The position numbers and the translations under genes were made by a program. Below the pieces are notes generated by a model. The model was not told where the DNA came from. It was given only the letters and a program-made list of their open reading frames with translations, and did no database searches. Positions 1 to 13,270 of a DNA stretch of 64,000 nucleotides are shown one piece after another; the stretch's first letter is position 1, and each line of letters begins with the position of its first letter. The DNA is from the human T2T-CHM13v2.0 reference genome, Homo sapiens, in the NCBI RefSeq assembly GCF_009914755.1, contig NC_060928.1; one strand, written 5' to 3'.

Positions 1-949
1 TCTGTTTGGTCCATTTGGAATGGCTTCATGTTGGCTTCTATCAGCAGAGTATGCAGCAAATGGAAGCACTAACTCTATCTTTGAAGGAAGATACTTTCTT
101 TCTCAGTGAAGCCACCTCAATTTTGCCCTGCTACAAACAGAAGTAGCAATTTCCATTGATATTTATCATTAAAATATCCAGGCCAGAATCACCACTAGTT
201 CTCAAGTCCCTCAAGATCAATGGGACACAAGTCTCTCCAAGTGAGCACAATGAAGCCATTTGAAACGATAAAAAATCAGCTGTTTCCCTTTCCCAAGAGG
301 CAGTGGATGCACCCGACACACCACCAACTCATTATAAGTGAATATCAACCCTCCCTCTGATCAGTCTTCAATTTCTCTTGTAAAACTCAGAGCTGAGGTT
401 CACAAAACGAGTTTCACAATCTCTTTGCACTATCCAACTAAGTGGTCTTGCATTTTGAGTTAAGCTTTCAAATCTCTGGGTCTTTGGCACCCATTTTATT
501 GTTTGTGGCCTTTGAGGCTTCTAAATCACAGAAGAATGTAACCTATTCTGTCCTATAATTCAAAATAAAAGGCTAAATTTTTCTGATAAGCTTTAGGGTT
601 GTGGTAAAATGATGCAAATTTATCATTTCTGTATTTTTCCACTTACGTATGATATATAAATATATACAGTTAGATATACGTGATATACATAGAGTTATAA
701 CCATATATAATTTATAGAGAATGTTAAATATACAAAATTATATATAGTATACAATATATACATATATTTCATATTTTACATGTTACTTGTTTTGTAAATA
801 CTACAAAGTATGCAGTTTTCTATTTTAAATTATTTGCATTTAGTTTTTTATCCCGAATTCTTAAATATAAAAGTAGTAAGCAATAAATCATGTATTCTTC
901 AATTTTGTACCTGTACACATTAAAGGTATTTATTTACCAAAAATTAAAA

Positions 950-1600
950 TGTGTGTTAGGGACTACTGAGCATTCTCCAAATATCACTTTTTCTTCTCCT
1001 GAACATTTCATTTTCCGACCTTCTTTTCTAAAGAATTATAACCGTGTGACTGAATTCTAATTGATAGAACATAAATAAAAGCAATGTGTACCAATTTTAG
1101 ACTCATCCCATAATTATCTCTCCTTCACCATCCTCTGTGATATATTTCCACTTCAGCTGAGATGGTGCTCTCCAAGGCACTGGAAGGTCAGGTACTGAAG
1201 AGGGAAAAGCTGCATTGGCATGGGTTGCTATGAGTGACTGGAGCACAAGCCCCCCTGAACTTGGAAATACTATTGGATGTTACAGAAGTGAAACTTTAAT
1301 TGAAATGAGATAACTTTGGGACCTTTTGTTACTGTAGCCTAACCAATCTCATGGAGGCAGATATTGCTATCTTGCAGTGGAGTGCCTACATAAAAGAAAT
1401 CTAAAATGTGTGCATTGTCTTACTGGTCAGGTAGGAGGTAGTATGAAAATAGATACAGCAGTTTGGAAATATGGAAACCCATGCATTCAGTAATAAAACA
1501 TTTTGTAAAATAGCCATATAACTTTTAAGGCAGATGAAGTGCCTATTTGGCCTCTAGGGGAAATTTCTAGAATAGCATTTGCAGTTTCCAAAGAGGGTAA
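950..1600 (+). mobile_element. Old MaLR (MLT1-type) LTR followed by a short MaLR internal-region remnant
   Basis: LTR-like motifs (gtgtgactgaattctaattgatagaac...ttttgttactgtagcctaacc) then an int-like stretch (agtggagtgcc...ctaaaatgtg); highly diverged, boundaries approximate. Confidence 0.5.
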
Positions 1601-1622
1601 CATGTCTTCAAAGTTTCTCTAT

Positions 1623-1995
1623 TGCTTATAGATTGAATGCATGCCCTTAAAAATTCATGTTGAAACTTAATCTGCATTTTGGCATATTAAAAGATGGAGT
1701 CTTTGGAGCAGTTATTAAGTCATGGGGGTGCTGCCCTCATGAATGAACTAAGGCTCTTATGTAAAGGGCTTTTGGGTGTGAGTTCACTCTCACTCTTCTG
1801 CCATGTGAGAACAGTGTTCATACGTCCCTTGTGTTCTTCCACCTTCTGCCATATGGGGGCAGAGCAAGAGGACCCTTACCAGATGCCAGTGCCTTGATCT
1901 TGTATTTCCCAGCCTCTAGATCTGTGAGAAATATGTATGTGTTCTTTATAAATTGCCAAGCCTGTGGTATTTTGTTTTAGCAACACAAAGACACA
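1623..1995 (+). mobile_element. MaLR solo LTR (MST/MLT1A-type)
   Basis: tgct..ttgaatg..aaaattcatgttgaaacttaat...cttctgccatgtgag...gccttgatcttgtatttcccagcctctaga..tgtgagaaat...tttataaattgccaagcctgtggtattttgttttagca matches the recalled MST/MLT1A layout. Confidence 0.8.
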
Positions 1996-2767
1996 TGAAA
2001 GAAGCATCATTTTTTCCATGAAATAACCATATCCTTACTTCCCATTACAAAAAAAAGAAGCTCACCTCTAATAACCACTAATACAAGCAAAACAACAATC
2101 AAAACAGCATGTTTCAAAATTGTTGGGATAAAGTTGAAGAAGATGGGTGGAGTAAGTTAAGATGCATCAGTTTCTTAGGGCCAGAACTAAAAGGTGGAAA
2201 AAGTGAATTCCAAATTCTAATTGGAAATATACTGTTAGATTCATTAAAGTACTGACTTTTCCTGAGAATGAAATTGAAGAAGCACTTGTTAAGTTGGGTT
2301 ACCTATTGAAACCGATTGATAAAATATTATTATGCTGTGTCACTCATTGAATAAAAATTATAAGAATACTGGACCTTGAAAAAACTTAATCTTAAAATAA
2401 AATGCTCAGACTTTTAAAAATCAAATGTTTCTTCCAAAGATATTTACTATTTACTATAGCAAAAACATAGAAAATATTAACACAAAGTGGCTCATTAAAT
2501 GTCTATTTAAGTCATCTTATATAATTTGTAAATTTTATAAATCTTATACACTTCAGAAATTTGGATGATTTTCTTTATTGTTGTCATTTCTTGCGAGTTA
2601 GTCCTGAAGTAAAAAAATTGTAAGGTAAAATAGATCTATTAAAATCTTGTGATAGCCCACCCATCAGTCCTCTCACTGGAGATATATAAACAGTGATGTG
2701 TGACTGGCTCTTATTTCTTCCCAGTCAAGTTCTCAAAAGTGGGTGTCAAAAGTTCTTATCTGGGGAC

Positions 2768-3526
2768 TGTGGTAACTTAGGCAAGGAAGGCTAAACAGGG
2801 GAATGACAGGGATCAAGAGAGTTCCCACATCCCTACCCCTCTCTCCGGTCGATTTCCCCAGATCAGATTGATAAAACTGGCACCAACTAACTTGAGGAAA
2901 TTCCTAGAATTACAGCCACTGTCCTAGTAGGTTGCACAGGAGCCAGAACGACCCATATCTATACAAAAAAAAGGTCAAACGGCCACCACCAGGTGGCGCC
3001 AAACAGCAATCCAAATCAAGATAATTTCGGATGGCACAAATGAACCCACGGAGTTCTCAAACAACCAGACACACAGACATGTCCAGATTGTTTTTTAATC
3101 TCTCAGTAATAGAAAATGTACATTTTAACTAAAGGTTTTTGGACCCCAATTCTCCTTCGGTGGGTATTAAGCTTATATAATAACAATAATAATTGCAGTA
3201 CCCTAATACTACCTCTATAACTTAGTAATTCTTTTACTTGTGAGAGAATAGAAGATAAACCCTGCAAAAGTTCTGGGATGTGTCACGTTGGTAAAGTTTC
3301 TAGGAACTCTGTTAGTTTGGAGCACAGTGTGATACCCGAACGTCATTTGGATGTGCTGTTCCCATCTAGTACTGAATAACTCATAAAACTGTGTGTCTAG
3401 GTTGGGCGTGGAGCAAACAAAAGACCTGCACCAGATCCAGATTGAGAAGCAAGCAGCCAGGCTATGCGAGCCTTATGATCCAAGACCCAGTAGGAGAATA
3501 TAATATAAATCTCTAGGATATTCACA
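2768..3526 (+). mobile_element. ERVL-class solo LTR (LTR41-like)
   Basis: ~760-bp TG...CA-bounded block starting tgtggtaacttaggcaaggaaggct, with an internal CTCF motif; subfamily assigned from memory. Confidence 0.5.
2986..3000 (+). promoter_or_regulatory. CTCF core motif
   Basis: CCACCAGGTGGCGCC matches the CTCF core consensus CCASYAGRKGGCRS; CpG retained. Confidence 0.7.
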
Positions 3527-3529
3527 TGA

Positions 3530-4560
3530 GACACATTCCTCTTTTGCCATCAACTGTTCTGCAACTGAAAAATATTATCCAGCTTGTCCCCAAAGCCTGA
3601 CCGGAGTAAACCAAGAAACCAGGCAGCCCAATTTGCCCATTATAAACTGGGTGATTTCTAATGTGTAGGAACATACCATCATTAAATAAAATGTGTATAT
3701 ATAAGATCAAGGCCAAGAAGTTCTGGAGAAGACAAATACACTGAGTGAGTGACTCAGATGCCCATGGTGCTGAGCCATACTGTTGTACCACTTTTCCCTC
3801 AACCCACAGGTAGGGCCTCAGATGGTGAAAAAGATACAATTGAAAGTACAGCCCAAGTTTATGGATAGGTCAGAAATGAATTCCATTGCATTATGAACCT
3901 CTTCAGAGGTAACCCTGAAACATAGTGATAAAGGTAAATCCTATTAGAGTTTAGGGCAGCATATCCCATAATGTGCTGTATGTGGGAGGCAACATGACTT
4001 AAATTACAAATAGACCCTGAGTCATGGCCAGGGTTGATATGCTGGCCAGCTGGTTATGGACATGGGAAGAACAAGACTAAATGATTGGGACAAGAAGTCA
4101 GTGAGAGAGATATGTAGATGATCCTCCAGGAATACACTCAGAGGAAGCAGATTTTTTTGTTCCACATAAATGCCACTCAGAGAGAGCTCTTAAATCTTTT
4201 ATAACAGTCAGCTCTTTTTCTAGTCCCCAAGGTCTTTCCTCCAGTCTTCCCAGTTTTTGCTCAAGAAATTCATGTACACAATGATTGTGGTGACATGTAT
4301 AGAGACTATGCACAGGAATTTTTTTTTTGGCTAAATGGTTTTTCACTTAGTCAATGCGAGCTAATGGTCTTCCCCTCACAAGGCTTATCTGGATACAGAT
4401 GTTTGCCAAAACTGCCAAGAGCAGAGGTCATTGCTGAGGTCCCGATATGGCACAATTCTTCAGGGGGACCATTTTGCATCTTGGAATCCAAAATGCATCT
4501 CCCTGGACTAACTTTTATGAACTCAGAAAAAAAGACTTATTGATAGCCATGGGTACTGTG
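3530..4560 (+). mobile_element. Degenerate ERVL internal sequence (pol RNase H to integrase N-terminus)
   Basis: Manual translation gives VTLKHSDKGKS (~3909), LASWLWTWEEQD*MIG (~4043) and HINATQR (~4163), collinear with recalled ERVL pol motifs (SLKDSGEGKSS, LAGWSGTWKKHDWKIG, HVNAHQR); stops and frameshifts present. Confidence 0.7.
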
Positions 4561-5077
4561 TCTGGTAGCCAGAGGATTCACCTGGGTGCATTCTAGTACT
4601 CAAATGTCTAATAGTACTGGTTTATTGGATATTGCAACCACCAAATAAAGATACTATAATTATATCAATCATATGGGAATTAAGACTTGGATCATCACAC
4701 TAGGTTAAAAAAAAAAGAAAAGAAAAATTCAACAAGCAAAAAGTTGTTGGCAAAGAGTAAGGGGGTGGAGGTATGGGATGGATGCCAGTGTAGGAAGCTA
4801 CAGTTAATTACTAACTTAGCTTTCATGACACCAGTGGTGACTTTAACAGCCGTAGTTCTTTGATGAGTTATTTTTCCCCCTTTTTCTCTGCTTCTGTACT
4901 TAAAGAGCACTGGTGGTTTGTAATGCTCCAGGCATGGTTCTGTAAAGATATGACAAAACTGAAACTCCCTTACAGCGATATGGTGAGACTACTGGGACTT
5001 TGTATGTTTCCCACGTGGAGAAATGGGCTAGAGAAAGGACAAGATTACACATGCTGGGGAGAAAAGAAAGTAAACCC

Positions 5078-5510
5078 TGCTGAATATCCCCCTAATGCAA
5101 AGCCAGACTGTTTTCTATCCTGCTCTACGCTGTAAGTCTGACCTCTTTAAAATTTATCATCTTGACCTCCTTGCCCTCTACAAAGTTATTGGTGGGCAGA
5201 GGCAGAAAGAAGTCAAAATGTATATTTCTCCCTTTTCTCTCCCTGCTACTCCATGTCTGCATGCCTCACCTATGCAGATGCTATTAACGGTGAATCTCTC
5301 TCCCGTGGTTACAATTTGCCTGGAGGAATTGCCTGGGTTCCCTGCATCCTGTCAGTCCTAGGAGTGGTGACAATTTTCTCTGTTGCTAGATCCTGGGTGC
5401 TTCACCATCCTTTCTTGGATCCCTTAACCTGTTCACACTTTTGCGCACAACTTCTACTCAACTCTCTTTAATTACTGATTTGTACAGTCTTTTCCCTGAC
5501 GTTTTCCAGC
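5078..5510 (+). mobile_element. ERVL LTR (LTR33/LTR16-like)
   Basis: Purine tract (ggggagaaaagaaag) followed by tgctg..; 3' part cttcaccatcc..ggatcccttaacctgttcacac...ttccctgac typical of this LTR group. Confidence 0.45.
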
Positions 5511-5894
5511 TGAAAATGACAGATTTGCTAAAAAAATTAAAAATGAGTTTAGAAATATCATATTATTATTAATTCCAATAGTCAGAATTATTTTCAAATT
5601 TATTTTTTACTTATAGGTAAGATCAGGAGCTCAAATAGTATAAAAGGGTCACAATTAAATGTATAAATTTCTTACACGTTAACTGGTTTATAAATTTCTT
5701 CTAATAAATTCTATTAGATTATGTAAGAGATGCCCTGAGAGTTAATTTTAACCCTACAATTATATTTCTAGAAATCAACCCTGAAATAATCAGTGGGCAA
5801 GATGTAAACAAACTATATCAACTAAAATATTCTTCAATTTCAATTTGAACAAATACATTAGGATATGTGTCAGTAACCCCTCAAATAAGACATT

Positions 5895-6115
5895 ATGCAG
5901 TCCCAAAGACATGAGAATAATACAATAGACTTTGGGGACTTGGCGGGAAGGGTGGGAGGTGGGCAAGGGATAAAAGACTACACATTGCGTGCAGTGTACA
6001 CTGCTCGGGTCGTGGGTCACCAAAATCTCACAAATCACCACTAAAGAACTTACTCATGTAACCAAATGCCACCTGTACCCCAATAACCTATGGAAAAATA
6101 AAAAAAATTTTTAAA
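5895..6115 (+). mobile_element. L1 3' end fragment (L1PB-type)
   Basis: gactttggggacttgg..gggataaaagactacacattg..gtgtacactgctcgggt..ccaaaatctcacaaatcaccactaaagaacttactcatgtaacc plus A-rich tail. Confidence 0.85.
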
Positions 6116-7016
6116 AATTTTTAAAAGAGTCCTTTAAAAAATATTGTATTTACTAATATTTTATTATTTGTGCCTCTTAAGTGCTTGAAACTGTGCTTAT
6201 CTTTCTATGGTAGAAATGTAAATTATTATTTTCTTAGATTTATAGCATGTATCATAAAAAGCTATCTGGCCAGACTGGATCATTGAGGATAAGATGCAGC
6301 AGGAGAGCTATATGGATAGTCCTCTAGAAATAGATGCAGTGTGAGTAGATAATATATCTGAAAATATCTTCGTCCTTCTGGTCAAACTGGTTCTATCATT
6401 TTCTGCTCATGTTCTTTGGCCACTCTTTGATCTTTGGCAGCTGTGGACAATTCTTTGGCCACTGAATGCTTTTTTTTTTTTCCTTAGAAAAAACTGCCCA
6501 TCTGCAGATGGTTTCACCCTGACTTCAAGCTTCAAATTCCCCCATTAACCAGCAGGCCAAGCCTACCAAAACTATCCATCAATGAAAACAGCCACCATGA
6601 GGCTCTCTGATGAAACTGGCAGTGTCTTAAACAAGTTGAAAGGGTAAAAATACACTATACCTGTGGCCTTAAATAAAATAACGTGTGTACAATGAGTTTC
6701 TGAAGTTTAATTACATTTTAATATGGATTTAACTTAGAAATAATATGTATAACGATATTAACCCAATTAGAGACCTGTTTGATCATCCAGGGGTTTCTCC
6801 TCCAGGTCAGGTACTTAGGTCTGTGAGAACCAAAAGCAGGATTACAGACAGCTTTAGCAACTGTCATTATCACCAAGAACTTCAGACCAAGAGTGTGTTA
6901 TCCCAAACTAGTACAAACAAAATGCACCAGATATCACCCCCAAAGCATGTGTTTTTTAATTATAGTTACCTCTTTAATCATTCTTACATTTTAAAAACAC
7001 TACGTAACATAAAATA

Positions 7017-7410
7017 TAGTCATGCCTGGCTTAACAATGGGGATTTCCTCTGAGGAATGCATTGTCAGGTGATTTCATCCTTGTGCAAACATCGTAGAGT
7101 GTACTTACACAACCTAAATGGTACAGTCTACTACTCACCTAGGCTACATGGTGGAGCCTATTGCTCCTAGGCTACAAACCTGTACAGCATGTTACTGCAC
7201 TGAACACTGTAGGCCCTTGTAACACAATGGTAAGAATGTGTACATCTAAACATATCTAAACATAGAAAAGGTGATTATGTCACACTGCCACGTTACCATG
7301 GCTATGACATCACTAGGTGACAGGACATTTTCAGCTCCATTGTTTTCTTATGGAACCACCATCCTATATGTGGTCTGTTGTTGATTGAAACATAATGTGG
7401 TATGTGACTG
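7017..7410. mobile_element. Tigger3/MER7-family MITE (TcMar-Tigger)
   Basis: Degenerate terminal inverted repeats (tagtcatg...atgtgactg) flanked by TA at 7015-7016 and 7411-7412; internal ctaggctacaaacctgtacagcatgttactg hallmark. Confidence 0.85.
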
Positions 7411-8269
7411 TAAATCAATTAATGTTGAATACATGCCATGCAGAGCCCTGTGTCGGGTTAACTGGCCACATACTGTAGAAAAGGGAAGAACTGCCCAGGG
7501 AATCTCCTCACTTTATGTAATTCAATAAAACTTAGTGCTGGAATTTCTTAGTTGCCATGTATGTTAGATCACTATTTCACAAGAAATTCTTCATATTAGA
7601 GGTATGGGCATCTTTACTAAGAACTACAAACAATATCTGAAAGAAAGTATTAAGGATAGTAACATAAGGAAGAAAAACACTCTGCAATTTTCTGCCTATT
7701 GGAAGTTCTCTCTGAGACAGAGAAGACGATGACTGGTGTGACACCCTTTGCCAAATAAAATCATCTGGCTTAAGCCTCTGAGCAAGAATAATAATAGCTC
7801 TAAACACACTGCAGATATCACTATATAGTAGTAATTGAATTATTAAATTTTAAATCAGCTCTTCCCTATTGTTTGAAGTCAAAATAATAAAGAACTAAAA
7901 CATAAAAATTTCTACAAATTAATTGATAAAGTGAAAATAGCTTATGACAATACACTATTTTACATCTAGATATTGTATGCATTTTGAATATAATTCATCC
8001 TGTATGTTAAATTATTTTAATCTGAAAATATATCGCATTGGTTGAAAAGTAAGTTCTGGCATTTGAAGTTTTTTTTTTTTTTTTTCTCAAGCGTCTGGCT
8101 TTTATTTTTGAACTCATGTATCTTCCCCTTCCTAAAACGTGACATTTTGAGGTGACTGAAGAGGATCAGAGAATACCTTATATGATATGGTTTGTGCAGA
8201 ATTTTCTATCCTTACCTCCTATCATATAATTTTCTCCCTGAACTGTAATCAAATCATTAAATCCCCAAA

Positions 8270-8500
8270 TCTTTTCTTTCATGTTCTCTCTACCTGGAAT
8301 TTGGCCACCCCCTCACCTTGATTAATTCCTAATTTATCCTTGACATTTTTTGAAATGTCATTCTTCAGGGAAGTTTTTCCCAACTCCTTCAGACAGAAAA
8401 GATCAGGTTTTCTTCTAATATGACACTGTAACACCCTGAAAAATTTCTTCACACAGTCTTCACAATTTAGAACAATATCTGCTTGTTCTAAAATGTTTCT
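8270..8500 (+). mobile_element. L2 fragment (diverged)
   Basis: catgttctctctacctggaat...aaatgtcattcttcagggaagtttttcc resembles the L2 3' region. Confidence 0.4.
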
Positions 8501-8754
8501 GATTAAATTGTGCTAAATTTCTGTTTCATGTTTGCACTTTTCATCCACTTTCTCATTAATTTTGTCAATGTTTACATGTTAAAGACTATGTTGTCTGGTT
8601 CATACAACCTCATCGTACCTGATATTTTCTTGGGAAATCATTCCTTTGCTCACTAGGTAATGTCCCTTGTCTTGCATTTTGTTTGGGGATTTTCTTTGTA
8701 CTATTTAATAGTATATATAATTAAGACTTCTATTATAAAATTTCTATGTTGTTT

Positions 8755-9163
8755 TAGTTCTTTTGATTTAAAACATAGGGGTGGGGAAATCAACCCCCAT
8801 GCAGTCAAAAATCCATGTATAACTGTTGAGTCTCCCAAAACTTAACTATTAACAGCTTACTGTTGAAGCCTTACCGTTAACAGTCCATTACACATGTTTT
8901 GCATTCTTTTTCTATATTTCTACAGTAAAGTAAGCTAGAGAAAAATGTTATTAAGAAAATCATAAGGAAGAGAAAATATATTTGTTATTCATTAAGTGGA
9001 AGTGGATCATCATAAAAATCTTTCTTTATTCTCGTTGTCTTCAAGTTGAGTAAGCCGAGGAGGAGGAGGAAGGGGGTCTTGCTGTCTCAGGGGTGTCAGA
9101 GGTGGCAGAAAATTTGTGTTGAGGAAACACACAGTTCAACCCATGTTGTTCAAGAATCAACTG
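8755..9163. mobile_element. Tigger5/MER47-family MITE
   Basis: gcagtcaaaaatccatgtataact..cccaaaacttaact..gttattaagaaaatcataagg; right TIR gttgttcaagaatcaactg followed by TA. Confidence 0.75.
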
Positions 9164-9391
9164 TACCTAAGTTTTGTTTTTTGTTTTCTTCAATGGAACA
9201 GTTGGGTTGCATGTATTTATATTCAATTGTGATCACCACATGTTTGAACTTCCTGTCCCCTTATTTTATGTTTTATTTACCATACTTCTGTTTTTCTCTT
9301 TGATATCTTCTGTTGGACTGGTAATGCTCCTTGTTCTTCTCATTTTAAAATTCTTTTTAATTGAGTAAAATTTTGTATCACTTAAGAATAA

Positions 9392-9621
9392 GGGGAGGCT
9401 GAGGCAGGAGGATCACTTGAAGCCAGAGGTTCAAGACTAGCCAGAGAAACAGATCAAGACCCTGTCTTTACATTTTTTTTTTTAATTCCAAGCTTGGTGG
9501 TACATGCATTGCTACTTGGGAGACTGAGGCAAGAGGATCACCTGAGCCCAGGAGATTGAGGCCGTAGTGAGCTATGATCACAATGCTGCACTCCAGCCTG
9601 TGTGACAGAGTGAAACCGGTA

Positions 9622-9654
<33 letters not shown>

Positions 9655-9655
9655 A
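9392..9655 (+). mobile_element. AluJ-type element, 5'-truncated, with (CAA)n tail
   Basis: ggaggctgaggcaggaggatcacttgaagcc...gaggccgtagtgagctatgatc...gcactccagcctg; tail (CAA)~10 at ~9623-9653. Confidence 0.85.
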
Positions 9656-9779
9656 AGAATAATCCTGCATGTGTACTATTGAAATGAAATATAATAATAA
9701 TTTAATAAAAATTTATGCTCTCTGGGCCAAGGGCCAAGTATGGAGCTACAGACTTGAGGGCCCCTTATATTGTTGTTCT

Positions 9780-10025
9780 GCCATTCTTGGCAGCAAGCTT
9801 GCTATTCGTGTCTATCATGATCTCTTGAGTTGCAGTTATGTATAATTTTCCAAAGTTACATATGACTTTCTCAAAAGTATTCCACTTGGACTTAGTCATA
9901 TGGCCATACTTTGCTTCCAAGGAGATTGAAAAATCTCTTTATTTTGGGTAGCCATGTGCCCAACAAAATTTTGACATTCTAATACTATTCAAAAAGGATA
10001 GGAACAACATACAGTTTCTGCCATG
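9780..10025 (-). mobile_element. Old MLT1 LTR fragment
   Basis: cttagtcatatggccatac..caaggagattgaaaaat..ccatgtgcccaac; diverged. Confidence 0.4.
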
Positions 10026-10161
10026 AACACTAGATTGAAGATATTGTTTTTAAGTGGTAACATATCACACTTCATAAACTAACTTAACTCTTTGTTTCTA
10101 CTAACAAATCCTGAAGTTTTCATTGCCTGTTCTCTCAAACAACACTAGGATCTTAGCAATC

Positions 10162-10466
10162 TTTTTTCTTCAATGCTTATTTTAAGTTCTGGGGTACATG
10201 TGCAGGATGTGCAGGTTTGTTATATAGGTAAACGAGTGCCATGGTGGTTTCCTGCACAGATGAACCCATCACCTAGGTATTAAGCCCAGCATCCATTAGC
10301 TATTCTTCCTGATGCTTTCCCTGCCCCCACAGACAGGCCCCAGTGTGTGTTGTTAACCGCCATGAGTCCATGTATTCTCATCATGCAGCTCCCACTTATA
10401 AGTGAGAACATTTGGTGTTTGGTTTTCTGTTCCTGAGTTAGTTTGCTGAGGATAACGGCTTCCAGC
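10162..10466 (-). mobile_element. L1PA (approx. PA8-PA10) 3' end, 5'-truncated
   Basis: ggggtacatgtgcaggatgtgcaggtttgtt..cccatcacctaggtattaagcccagcat; ORF2 C-terminal remnant (QEQKTKHQMFSLISG); TSD AGCAATC at 10155-10161 and 10464-10470. Confidence 0.9.
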
Positions 10467-10649
10467 AATCATTAATCACACCAACTACTACTCACATCCA
10501 AGTCACTATTGATTTTTAACATTTTGGCTGAAACATTTTGGGCTTATAAAATTAGTCTCTGACCTTTTTAGAGTCATAATAAATTAAATTTACCATCTTC
10601 TGTTACCAATTTCTGATAATCTTACTAAATGTACCATTATTTTTTGCAT

Positions 10650-11331
10650 TTTACTCTATTCCCAGGTTTTATTTTATTCTTCTTTTGAAATATACCTTTC
10701 AGATGTTTTTTAGAAGGGGACTAAGGGTGAAAATTATCTTTCTGTGTGTCTGTAATTACCATTATTTACATTTGCTTTAAGATTATAATTTAACTAAATA
10801 CAGAATTGTAGATTGTAATTTACTTCCCTTCAATTTTAAAGACATGGGTCAATTTTCCTCCCATATCTATTGTTAGTAGTAAGATACATGCTGCAGGCAT
10901 AATTGGCTTTCCTTTTAGATAATCAGTCTTTTCTCTCTGGCATGTTTATGATTTTTCTTTATATTTGCTGTTCTTCAATAAGGATGTAGGTATGAATTTT
11001 TTCAATCTTTTGTGACATTTGTTGCACATGTATTTTATATTCCTCTTTCAATATGGAAATTATCAATGATTACATTTTTAAATGTTTTCATGTTATTTCC
11101 ATTTTCACTTAATATTAACTTCTGGAACTCATGTTAGAATGATGTTGAGTTAATCATCCTTCTATTATTCAAAATGTATTCTTTGTATTGGGCTTTATTT
11201 CTTTCTGTTTCTGTTTTACTATGTCTGTTCTTCAGAATCACATAGTATCTTAGTATTTTCTCGCTCTTCTATTGTTTCACCTATTCATAAAGATTTCTAT
11301 TTTTGTTTTTAGTGTTATTTTAATGGCTCAT

Positions 11332-11377
<46 letters not shown>

Positions 11378-11700
11378 CATCCATCCATTAATCCTCAACT
11401 ATCCATCCATCTAGAAAAAGAGAGCCTGAGAGAGAGAAAAGAGGCAGAGAGTAATTATTTTTAGGTTTTCAATAAAATTATTTTAGTATACACTGAATCT
11501 CATTTCATTTTTACTTGCTTTTGATTAATCTTTTGTTTTTTATACCTGTTTTTATTGTCTTTTTGAGCAAGATAAACATTATTTTTTATCAAGATCAGAT
11601 TACCATATTTTGTTCAATTGCTTGTGCTGAATTTATTTCTTAGCAATTGATTTAGTTTCTTGGCTGCGAAGCACAGGTTAATTTTAGCTAGTCTGGATTG
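10650..11700 (-). mobile_element. Ancient L1M/HAL1-like ORF1-region remnant
   Basis: T-rich strand bias and motifs (taaatacagaattgtagattg, tcttttctctctggc..tttttctttat) typical of antisense old L1. Confidence 0.45.
11332..11388. repeat. (TCTA)~11 plus (TCCA)3 tetranucleotide microsatellite
   Basis: Direct reading. Confidence 0.95.
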
Positions 11701-12954
11701 ACTTCTTGTTTACCTCAAGGTATTGACTGTTGGCCAAAATAATGAAATGTATTAATTAAAGGCAAGAAAATGACATTCTGTAGCAAAGGGCCTATGAGTG
11801 TTTTGGAGGGTATGATATATTAGCCTGTTTACATTGTTTGGTTAAGGTAAATTGTTTTATGATTTGTACCTCATTTTGTTGAGGACTGGCTCAATTTCAT
11901 GGTTCAGGATAGACATGTCATTTAAATAAACCTATGTGAATGTCCCCAATAAGAGACTCTACCATATAGGACATGGTTGCTGAATTCTTGCACTTAACCC
12001 CCAATAGGTAAGAATCCTACCTTACTCATGTTTTCAAACAGTAATCCTAGTTTTTAAATAAAGTTTCTAGCAAGGACACTTTTAATACCTGTTTCTCCAA
12101 CAAGCTGCAGGAACTCTTGGCCATCTCTTTATGATGTCAGACTGAAGTCAAAAAGCCCATAGCCTGAACCAGGCACATTGCTCCATTTCCCGTCTGTGAG
12201 ATATTTGTCATGTGTTGAGTTTTAAAATTTTTCTCTCATCATATTTCATATATAGCATCATATCTTTGAAGGATAATTGACAAATTACATTTAATGAGTA
12301 AACAACCAAAAGTTAAAATTTGGATTTAATCTTCACCTTAATGTTTAGATAAATTCATATATTTTTATATTCAGAATAATAGCTTCCAATTAATAAAAAC
12401 CTGGTCTGATATTGATAGTTTTATATTTATTGAGTCTTACTGTGCCAAGGTTACTGACTCTATTAGAGGTATGAAATAAGACAAGGTAAATAGAATAACT
12501 ATATTTGTTATAGCCTAAATATTATCAATTGTTTTATTATATGAGCTACTTTAGAAAAGGGATATTCACATTTACTGAGGGGGAAAAGAACAAATCTACT
12601 TGATATTATTGTCTATTACAAACACAAATATTATCCCGTTTTACTAAAATACTTTATTCCCTAACAACAACATAAGGTGTTAAAAAAGCACAGTTACTGT
12701 GATCAAATTATTTAAGAACACATTCCAATATTATTATAATGATAAATGGCTCACTTACAAGAAAAAGGCACACTGTTAAGTGAACAGGGCAGAAAAGAGA
12801 AAAATATTTGAATTACAGAGCCAAAAGTTGAAAGATGTCTGCTCGCCTACAGTGGATTAAAACATTGAGCAAAGAAAAACTAGAGACAAGACCGGGCATG
12901 AAGTAGAGTATTATGATGTAAGAATGGAGAGAGAAAATAATTAAAAATAGGGTT

Positions 12955-13270
12955 TATGCATCTGCCAGCAATCTTTCCCTCTCTCTGTTGAAACTCCTTT
13001 CTTTTCCTTTAGGGATCTGCCCCTCTTCATGCCAATGTGTTTGTATTCCAATGATAGACATGACACAACTTTAGTTATAAAGGAAATATTAAACTAAATG
13101 CTGCCATTCAAATTCAGTTCTTTAGGGTTTTGTATCTGGACCACGTACAGGGGTAGCAATGTTATTAATTCCTTTATTTGAAGTATCTAGAGTCCTGTTA
13201 GTCATTTCCTGTTTGTTTAACTTAGCCAGGGCTGGTTTGTTTTGCTTGCATTAAAAGACCAAAATTCACA
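12955..13270 (+). mobile_element. Old MLT1 LTR remnant
   Basis: 3' motif cctgtttgtttaacttagccagggctggtttgttttgcttgcattaaaag resembles the end of MLT1K/L. Confidence 0.4.

Noticed and set aside
1-360. Moderately GC-balanced unique-looking block at the window start
   Set aside because: No recognisable ORF, splice-site pair or repeat signature; cannot be assigned without a database search.
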